Shown: positions 1 to 8,557 of the stretch, in pieces
Layout: the number at the start of each line of letters is the position of its first letter
Position numbering within the stretch: the first letter of the stretch is position 1
Source of the DNA: Chlorokybus atmophyticus
Taxonomy: Eukaryota; Plantae; Mesostigma and Chlorokybus algae
Reading direction: 5' to 3'
Assembly (NCBI GenBank): GCA_009103225.1
Contig: RHPI01001010.1
Span: 124,001-188,000 of the forward strand
DNA: 64,000 bases
Translations under genes and position numbers: made by a program
Notes under the pieces: model-generated
What the model was told of the DNA's origin: nothing
Databases searched by the model: none
The model's input: only the letters and a program-made list of their open reading frames with translations

Positions 1-168
1 ATTAATAAGTAAGTGATTAATACGTATAGTTTAAGTTAGGGTTTGCCTCTGTTGCTTGACACACACGTGTCAAGCAACAGAGCAGTTGAGGCCGTCACCT
101 CAGCGGCGGCGTTGTTGGCGACGCTGCTGGCGACGGCGAAAATTAGGCGAAAGTTTGGGGAGAGAGAG

Positions 169-1924
169 ATGCCGCCGAAGGGGCGGGCTGTGGCTGCTGG
201 CGGGCAGCGCGGCCGAAAGAAGCCGGCTGCTGGAGCTGCGCAGCCAGGCAAGCAGGCCGCATCACCGGCCGGTGATGAGGGGCAGGCCAGCGCGGCCAAG
301 CAGCGGCGAGCAGCGCGGAAGGCCACGCAGCCTGCTGCGCCGGTAGCTAGGCGTACGGCTCAGCCTGTGCCGCCAAAGTCACATGCGGCCGACGCAGAGC
401 CAGAGCCAGAGCCAGAGCCAGAGGTGACGCTGGAAAACGCTGCAGAGCCAGAGCAAGCTGCCAAGCTAAAGCTGCCCACGGTTCCGCGACGTCAGCGTAG
501 TAGAGTGGAATTGTCATCCACCTCGGAGGAGGAGGAGGACAACAAAAAGAAGAGGTTCAAGAGGAAGAAGAAGGTGCACAAGAAGAGACGCACGTCGTCC
601 TCGTCATCCACCTCCTCGTCATCATCTAGCTCTGATACGGACAGCTCCGACTCTGGAGATAGGCATACGAGATACATCAAGCACACCGGCTTCATCAAGC
701 GCCTGTCCAAGCAATCAGAGACATATGCCTTGTGGGAGGAGTACCGCACGCGCAAGGTCTCGACTGGTGTGCAGGCTTGCTTCGAGGCGATTGGCCGTGC
801 CCTCTTCACAGGTCCGCCAGTTGCGCAGTTGGTGTCATATCTGTATCAGATGCTGCTCACGCACGTGCACGGTAGCGTGGACTTTGCAGCAGCTTTTGCG
901 ACCGGGGCTCGAGGTATCATCAACGACGCCCGCATCAACCGCAAACACAAGGAAGCCAAGGTGATTCGGCGCCTCACCAAGCTCGCCAACAGCTTCCAGG
1001 GCAAAGCAGCCATGCAAGCGNGCAGCAGCTTTTGCGACCGGGGCTCGGGGTATCATCAACGACACCCGCATCAACCGCAAACACAAGGAAGCCAAGGTGA
1101 TTCGGCGCCTTACCAAGCTCGCCAACAGCTTCCAGGGCAAAGCAGCCATGCAAAAAGGCAAAGACTTCTGTCCCTCAGTAAGTCTGTTGCTTGTGAGAGT
1201 TGTAACACCAAACATGCAATGCGCTGACATGCACATATGCACTTTGCTTAACAGTCGCACAATGTGTGCGTGCAGTATGCTCAGCAACTGCTGTTTGTGT
1301 CATGGTGCAATGCGCACCTGCTTATGAACATGCACAATGTGTGCATGCAGCATGCTCAGCAGCTGCTATCTGTTGTAATGGTGCAATGCGCGCCTGTTCA
1401 ACAATGGCACAATGTGTGCATAATACATGCAGCGTGCACCACAGTTGCTGTCAGATAGCATGGTGCTTCACGCACCCGTTGTATTTGATAATGCGCACAA
1501 TGTGTGCATACAACATCAGTTGCAACACCATGTCAATGGTGCCATGTGCGCCTGTGTCCACTCCCATATATATGTCAAGCAGTGCACAGCACTTGTTCAT
1601 GTGTTGGTGCACAGCACATGTGCTGTTACTATTGCATTGAACAACCAGCTGCAATGGGCACGGTGCATACCTGTGAGTTCTACTTAAGGTTTGCTTCACG
1701 TTAGACCATTGATGCAATTGTGCGCCTACAGGCGCTCCGTCACAGAAGAGGGGAGCACCCAGTTCCAGCGTGGACGCGGTCGTGGTGGCTACGGCCGCGA
1801 TGGTCGTGGTGGTTACGGTCGCGGAGGCGGCTACAACAATCAACAGGCTGCGCCCGCTCACCAGGAAGCGCTGGCATACTATGTCCCCGTGCAAGAGCAG
1901 CCACGCCTAGCATTGCAGCAGTAA
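169..1924 (+). CDS. ORF1, putative gag-like protein of the YR retrotransposon (probably spliced; splicing not resolved)
   Basis: ATG at 169 (MPPKGRAV...), PE repeats, a K/R-rich NLS-like tract and an S-rich tract. Open to 1177, followed by a GTAAGT donor-like site at 1178. An RGG-rich segment (QRGRGRGGYGRDGRGGYGRGGG) lies at ~1733-1924. A 132-bp overlap duplication surrounds the N at 1021. Confidence 0.55.
1257..1562 (+). repeat. Degenerate ~75-bp tandem array (4 units) inside the element's ORF1 region
   Basis: Units start GCACAATGTGTGC at 1257, 1332, 1407 and 1495 and share an atggtgc(a/c)atg(c/t)gc-like core. Confidence 0.7.
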
Positions 1925-2114
1925 GTCATGCTGCCAGTACAGCTGCCGAGTAGCTACAGTGCAATAGCAGAAGATGTCGACAGGTGCTGGTGTGTATCAT
2001 AGCTGGCGCAAGCGCGCATGTATGCATGTATGCGCGCAACTGCGCATGTATGCATGTTGGGATGATGTATTATAGTGTACTTGAAGTACAGCTGTTTATG
2101 GCTGACAATGGCAT

Positions 2115-4011
2115 GTGTGTATGATACACACAGCTGTATGTTACTTGACAGGGTTATTTCGCATACGAAAGGCTAATAGTCACTTCTGGTATAGCTTAAT
2201 TGATTGGCATGTGCGCAGACATAGCACATCTGAAGAACTCGTCGCTATTAGTGCCATTCTTGAGGATGATTGCATGCAAGCAGAGTGGGATCCTGCAATG
2301 CCAGCTTTGGCAGTGGACCCTTTGTCCCCACCAGAGGAGCACACTGATGTTATTACACAAGTGCCACACACTGTTGCGAGCTTACCTATTGCACAGCAAC
2401 AAGAGGACATTCGTTCAGTATATGCGGAGTTGTCACAAGTGTCAACAGGCTTTGAAGAGCATCCCAGCTCAGCAACCCAATGGGCAGAGCAGCTACACAC
2501 CGAAACTCTTAATGCGGAAAATTTTGTAGCAGCCTCATTGCAGCAGAAGCTCGCAGCATGGACCACATGGTTTCACTTGACGATGCAAAGCAAGAAGACA
2601 TTTGTGCTTGACTGGTTGCGTTACGGGTATCGCTTACAATGGGTCGGCACTCAAGCATCGGATAGACGCAAGTGGGAAGAAGTACATGCATTGTTACAGG
2701 CCGAAGGCTTTGCTGTTGAGGATATTACAATTATGCTGTCACGCAATTCCCCAACACCAGTTGTGTTTCGAAATCGCAAGTCCGCTTCTATACATCGCGA
2801 ATACGTTGTCAGTGAGTTGGCAAATTTGGTGACAACGGGAGCAATCTCTGTAGTTAATGCGCACAGCGCGGCAGTGGTCACTGGCATAGGAGTGGTTGAG
2901 CAGGAAAAACGTTTGCGACTCATTATGGACTTGAGGTATATCAACCTCTTTTTGCGCCACATTCCCTTCAACTATGAGAGGTTGCGCGATATATTGCTGT
3001 ACACAAAGCGCCACTTTTGGCAAGTAACAGCGGACTTGAAGTCGGGTTATCATCATGTGCCCATTCATGAGGACAGCAAGCCTTACTTGGCTTTGCGATT
3101 TGCTGGAGTCACATACAGGTGGAATGTGCTGCCATTTGGCCTGAGTCAAGCATGCTGGCTGTTTACGAACTTGATGTCCACTGTCTTCACGCCTTTACGG
3201 GCTATGAGCTTTCCATGCCTTTCCTATATTGATGACATGCACTTCAGCCATTCCAATCGTTGGCATTTGTGCTGGCGCATTCGCCGCGTACTGCGTCTGT
3301 TTAAGGTGCTTGGAATATATATTTCTGTGAGGAAAAGCCAGTTGTGGCCGGAGCAGGTGGTACAGATGTTGGGTCTGCTGGTGGACACTGTGGCAGGCTC
3401 TTTTCCTATTCCTGCAAGCAAGCTGACCAAGCTATTGCAGCTGATGAAGGAGTTAGCAGAAGCTCCTATATTGACCAAGCGTCATCTGGCACGCATTGCT
3501 GGCAAATTGATTGCGCTAAGACTAGCTTTTGCACCTGCAAGCATTTATGCTCGCCAGCTGATGCGTTTAGCGTTGGTTGCTGATGCATGGGACGATACTG
3601 TGAGTGATACGAACGCCTTCAGACACTTCTGTGAGTGGACTGCTGCTGGCTTGCAGACTTACAATGGCAACGCTTGGTGGAAGCCCCCCGTACTGCTTGA
3701 GCTGCACGTGGATGCTTCGGGTACCATTGGTTGGGGGGCGACAGGTCCTTGGCCTCGCATGGCAGGCAACTTTCAGCCTGAGCATATGTCGCTGCCTTCG
3801 GCCATCAAAGAGGCACTCGCTTATGTCCAAGCATTTACTGAAGTAGCACGCACGCACGATCTTCAGCACTGTACAGTGCGCATTATTGGCGATTGTCAAC
3901 CAGCGATTCCAATGCTCAACAAGCTGTCTGCTTCTGAGCCTCATATCCTACAAGCTTTACATCAATTGTGGTCTTTGTGCTGCAAGCGTGATATTGCGCT
4001 GACATGTGTGT
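2115..4011 (+). CDS. Reverse transcriptase + RNase H (5' part of pol, interrupted at 4012 by the TRIM)
   Basis: Motifs RLIMDLRYIN, TADLKSGYHHV, WNVLPFGLSQA, SYIDD and LGLLVDT. RNaseH motifs LHVDASG, SAIKEALA and IIGDCQ. DIRS-type. Confidence 0.93.
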
Positions 4012-4942
4012 TGTAACAATTGGGGCCCGACCACTAGGCTATGGTAGTAAAAGACACTACCATGAGTGAGGTTTGTCACAATTCATCTCAATTCGTGACA
4101 TTCCTCCCCAATTTAACCCATGAGTTCCTCATAATCCAATGAGGCACTAGCCCACGTCGCCGTTTTCGCGGCCGTACCACAATCGGTCTGACCGCGGCCT
4201 GTTGGATCCGGCCCATGAACGGTCATGACCGACCGAACGGCCATCCTCACCGCGCGACCTGCCATCGCAGCGCGACCGCTCACGCGGCCTTAGGTTGAAC
4301 TGGCCCGGCGCGCAGGTCGTGATCCCGCGCCCAGCCTAGGGCAAGCCGCCCCAAATGTTTTTGTTTTTGCCTTGGATCTGCCTCAGTCCCCTACGGGAAT
4401 TGAACCTGAGACGTCAAGCTCCGATACCATTGTAACAATTGGGGCCCGACCACTAGGCTATGGTAGTAAAAGTCATGACCGACCATGAGTGAGGTTTGTC
4501 ACAATTTATCTCGATTCGTGACATTCCTCCCCAATTTAACCCATGAGTTCCTCATAATCCAATGAGGCACTAGCCCACGTCGCCGTTTTCGCGGCCGTAC
4601 CACAATCGGTCTGACCGCGGCCTGTTGGATCCGGCCCATGAACGGTCATGACCGACCGAACGGCCATCCTCACCGCGCGACCTGCCATCGCAGCGCGACC
4701 GCTCACGCGGCCTTAGGTTGAACTGGCCCGGCGCGCAGGTCGTGATCCCGCGCCCAGCCTAGGGCAAGCCGCCCCAAATGTTTTTGTTTTTGCCTTGGAT
4801 CTGCCTCAGTCCCCTACGGGAATTGAACCTGAGACGTCAAGCTCCGATACCATTGTAACAATTGGGGCCCGACCACTAGGCTATGGTAGTAAAAGACACT
4901 ACCATGAGTGAGGTTTGTCACAATTTATCTCAATTCGTGACA
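4012..4942 (-). mobile_element. Tandem TRIM (3 LTRs, 2 internal regions) with tRNA-type Pol III promoter boxes
   Basis: LTRs TGT...ACA at 4012-4100 (89 bp), 4431-4523 (93 bp) and 4854-4942 (89 bp). Internal regions are 330 bp. PBS TGGTATCGGAGC (minus strand) at 4418-4429 and 4841-4852. PPT GGGGAGGAA (minus strand) at 4101-4109 and 4524-4532. 5-bp TSD TGTGT at 4007-4011 and 4943-4947. No coding capacity. Confidence 0.93.
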
Positions 4943-4947
4943 TGTGT

Positions 4948-5468
4948 GGCGCTCACGTGATGAGCTGCGTGATGCGGATGCATTATCTAAATTTCCTGAC
5001 AGAGGAAATTGGGCCCTGACCGCAGACGCAACCGCGCTTGTACAACAACGTGTTGGACACCCAATTTTGGATTGTTTTGCAGCTGATTGGAACAGCAAAG
5101 CACCTGCTTATTTGAGTTACATACACATGCCTGGAAGTTTGGGCAATGCTCTTACTACAAACTGGCGCGATGTTCTTCAACGCTTAGGGGGCGGCTTTGT
5201 TTGGTGTCACCCGCCATTGGCCCTCCTGCATGAAGCCATAGCATTATTGCAATATTATCAGCTGCCAGCTGTGGTGTTGGTGCCTGAATGGCACTCTGCT
5301 GTGTGGTGGCCAGTGTTCCGCAACTGGCAATTCACTTATTATGAGAGATTAGGCCCACGGCCCGAATGGTTTGAACGTGGTGCTCGAGTACCCGAAAACA
5401 GCATCAACCCTGGACGCTACCCATACATTTGTGCTTTTGTGCATTGGGTAAGCGCACCTTTCGTGTAG
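4948..5468 (+). CDS. 3' part of pol: RNase H C-terminal motif + DIRS-type DNA N6-adenine methyltransferase-like domain
   Basis: WRSRDELRDADALSK is the last RNaseH acidic motif. LDCFAADWNSKAPAYLS, FVWCHPPL and VLVPEWHSAVWWP match the DAM-like domain of DIRS elements. Confidence 0.8.
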
Positions 5469-6608
5469 GTAACGGTGCATGATAACAGAACTTCTCCATG
5501 TGCCTTGAGCTTGTATTTCTTCCAGAGTAACGCCACAGCGGAAGGCGCTCTGAGCGGCACCACGTCTGAAAGAGTGCAACCCCAGGTGCGGCCTATATAT
5601 GCCACATGCCTTGCAGCAGCGCGCAATTGCATGGTATGCACAGTTACCAGACATGCTATGTTCTTCCCACTTCAACCTATTCTTCGCAACAGGCCGAAAT
5701 AGAGGACCAGCGGTGATGGCAAAGCAGCTCCCGCGACAGTAGGTCAAATAGGCATAGAGCACTTCAGAGAACTCCACAGGCAAACCACTGCTGCGCACTG
5801 GTATAGTGGGTGCACCTCCAGTGCTGTAATTCTTGAGATGTGTTACAGTGGCCGTCAACCCAGAACCTGCCGCTTGTATCTCGTGCATCTGTAAACGCGC
5901 ACCTTCACCACCCCGTTGCCATGTGCACCATAGGTATAGGCAAAGTGCATAGTCGCGCCAGAGCACAGCCTTATCATGTGTGACTGTCAGTTGCTGAGGT
6001 ATGGTAAACAGCTGGTGTTGGAAGTATGCGATAAGCGTTCGCATGTCATCAATTGCCAATGGCACAGCAGGAATAGGTTGAACTCCTTGCCGAGCAGCAA
6101 TCTTTGCATATCCTTGACGGAACTCGCGCACGTCTATGGACAGAAGCGGGTTCCCTGTGGATGTGTCGCTGTCCCATGGGCTGATGCGCCCTAGAAGTCT
6201 GAAGGAGCATGTGAGATGTGAGATCACATTGTCTAGTGTGGTGCTGGCGATCATGCGATGACCATGGCGGTCGAGCCTGCGAGCTTTGCCGATGTGTGTG
6301 TCGGTCCAGTGCCCAGCAAGGTAGCTTGTGACAATAGCTGGGGTGACGTTGGCGACGGCAATGTTGAGCTCAGGATGTTGCAGGTAGTTGGCAAACTCTT
6401 GCCAGACGCGATCGCGTTGGTCGCGAGTGCCATCAGATACAGCTTCACGACTGATGCGCTCTACTTCCAAAAGCGCTGCTGCTGCTCGCTCTCGCAGATT
6501 ACACCCCATTACTTGCTGTGGACGCACAGTCGCGCGTGCGGTGCGTTGTGCATCAGCGGTATGTTGCAAGCGCTGTGCGAAGTCCATCTGCACAACGATC
6601 ACACACAT
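5349..6608 (-). CDS. Tyrosine recombinase (YR) of the retrotransposon
   Basis: Catalytic set is present: R (WQRGGE), K (HLKNY), HxxR (HSFRRG), W (GTWRS) and Y (HRYL). The ORF is uninterrupted. First ATGs at 6608 and 6587. Its 3' end overlaps the methylase ORF antisense at 5349-5468. Confidence 0.9.
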   Translation of the reverse strand: MCVIVVQMDFAQRLQHTADAQRTARATVRPQQVMGCNLRERAAAALLEVERISREAVSDGTRDQRDRVWQEFANYLQHPELNIAVANVTPAIVTSYLAGHWTDTHIGKARRLDRHGHRMIASTTLDNVISHLTCSFRLLGRISPWDSDTSTGNPLLSIDVREFRQGYAKIAARQGVQPIPAVPLAIDDMRTLIAYFQHQLFTIPQQLTVTHDKAVLWRDYALCLYLWCTWQRGGEGARLQMHEIQAAGSGLTATVTHLKNYSTGGAPTIPVRSSGLPVEFSEVLYAYLTYCRGSCFAITAGPLFRPVAKNRLKWEEHSMSGNCAYHAIARCCKACGIYRPHLGLHSFRRGAAQSAFRCGVTLEEIQAQGTWRSSVIMHRYLHERCAYPMHKSTNVWVASRVDAVFGYSSTTFKPFGPWA

Positions 6609-6762
6609 TGTCAGACGACTGCGCGCAGCACTCTGCGCAAGGATCAAACACTGTGTCAGGCAACCAAACAAAACTATCTTGATTTGCAACTTTGGCAATA
6701 CAAATACACCAGGCTCTACACCTACAACTCGTCCCTACTGATATATGCTTGGGAGGGGGAGG

Positions 6763-8147
6763 TAGAATGTTCAATGCATTCGCAGTTGTTCATCGTGTAA
6801 ATCATACTTATAACGATGAACGCGTATGATCGTAGGGCTTAGGTGTTCTTGCCAAAGTTGGACTGTAGGTAGGATAATTGTTTGAAACAAAAGGAATGTA
6901 AATCGTTCATCGTGTGCAAAGTAATATAATGGGCATTACTCGTCGGCTTCATCTATTGGCCGGCGAGTTTTCGTTTAACAAATTAATAAGTAAGTGATTA
7001 ATACGTATAGTTTAAGTTAGGGTTTGCCTCTGTTGCTTGACACACACGTGTCAAGCAACAGAGCAGTTGAGGCCGTCACCTCAGCGGCGGCGTTGTTGGC
7101 GACGCTGCTGGCGACGGCGAAAATTCGCCCTTCCCGCCCCACCCTGATGCGCCGCCGCGCTTCACAAGAACTATGCGCCTCGTCTCGATTGCGCTTTCAA
7201 GTTCATGCTCATGCTCAGGAACGAGATAAGTGGATCGTGATTCTAAATGCATTCGTCTCGGTTGAATAGGATCCGGGTTGCGTCAACGGCGTGCTGCTGA
7301 CCGTGCGATTACGTTGTTACATCGACGCCATTTCGCTTCATTGCTAGCCACCGTCGGGACATCTAGAATGTTCAATGCATTCGCAGTTGTTCATCGTGTA
7401 AATCATACTTATAACGATGAACGCGTATGATCGTAGGGCTTAGGTGTTCTTGCCAAAGTTGGACTGTAGGTAGGATAATTGTTTGAAACAAAAGGAATGT
7501 AAATCGTCCATCGTGTGCAAAGTAGTATAATTCCGAGAAACCAAGCGGGCATTACTCGTCGGCTTCAACCATTGGCCGGCGAGTTTTCGTTTAACAAATT
7601 AATAAGTAAGTGATTAATACGTATAGTTTAAGTTAGGGTTTGCCTCTGTTGCTTGACACACACGTGTCAAGCAACAGAGCAGTTGAGGCCGTCACCTCAG
7701 CGGCGTCGTTGTTGGCGACGCTGCTGGCGAGGGCGAAAATTCGCCCTTCCCGCCCCACCCTGATGCGCCGCCGCGCTTCACAAGAACTATGCGCCTCGTC
7801 TCGATTGCGCTTTCAAGTTCATGCTCATGCTCAGGAACGAGATAAGTGGATCGTGATTCTAAATGCATTCGTCTCGGTTGAATATGATCCGGGTTGCGTC
7901 AACGGCGTGCTGCTGACCGTGCGATTACGTTGTTACATCGACGCCATTTCGCTTCATTGCTAGCCACCGTCGGGACATCCCGAATGTTCAATGCATTCGC
8001 AGTTGTTCATCGTGTAAATCATACTTATAACGATGAACGCGTATGATCGTAGGGCTTAGGTGTTCTTGCTAAAGTTGGACTGTAGGTAGGATAATTGTTT
8101 GAAACAAAAGGAATGTAAATCGTTCATCGTGTGCAAAGTAGTATAAT
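6763..8147 (+). repeat. Terminal repeat block B1-A2-C1-B2-A3-C2-B3 (~600-617 bp period)
   Basis: B at 6763-6930, 7364-7531 and ~7982-8147. A (including a short upstream part) at 6931-7125 and 7547-7741. C at 7126-7363 and 7742-7980. Copies are near-identical. Confidence 0.9.
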
Positions 8148-8557
8148 GTGGGACTGTACTTGTACCGTATAGACACGTACATTGCAGCACACACTCAATT
8201 CGACAATCATTGCAACCAACCTCTTGAATATAATGAGCACCAAAGGTCATGCATTGGTATCAGTAACAGTGCCTGTAGTACGGTATAGACTTACAACCTA
8301 AGGCATCGGTTGATTATTTTTCAGTTGCAATGCACGTGTCCCTGCGTTATTCGTCACTGCACGCCAGATTCATCACACAATTCTTGTTGTTGTACCACAC
8401 GCCCATGCTTATAAAGCAGTCCGGTACGTTGTGTGTGGCCCGTGGGCGTCACCATCAATGGCATGCATACCACTCATACCACACACATCCACGTGCACAC
8501 CTGCACTGCTGTGTCCCGCCAGCGACGGCGGCGGCATCCTCCTCCTCATCGTCCACC

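Larger units (their letters stand above)
1..8147 (+). mobile_element. Tyrosine-recombinase retrotransposon (DIRS order, PAT/TOC/kangaroo-like split-direct-repeat type), disrupted by a nested TRIM
   Basis: Contains an ORF1, RT (DLKSGYHHV, LPFGLSQ, YIDD), RNaseH (VDAS..KE..GDC..ADALS), a DAM-like methylase and a YR on the minus strand. Segment 1-144 recurs at 6982-7125 and 7598-7741. Segment B occurs at 6763-6930, 7364-7531 and ~7982-8147. No integrase and no LTR of its own. The left end may extend beyond the window. Confidence 0.9.

Noticed and set aside
4396-4460. Bona fide tRNA gene
   Set aside because: A- and B-boxes are present, but the anticodon arm is replaced by the LTR end plus PBS, the T-stem has mismatches and the acceptor stem does not pair.
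4012-4942. CRISPR array or the YR element's own LTRs
   Set aside because: The spacers are identical 330-bp units rather than unique spacers. TG..CA ends, PBS, PPT and a 5-bp TSD define an independent LTR-type insertion.
7024-7963. ORFs 7024-7269 and 7640-7963 (MPLLLDTHVSS...)
   Set aside because: They start at a non-ATG codon inside repeat A/C, have no recognisable motif, and recur only because the repeat recurs.
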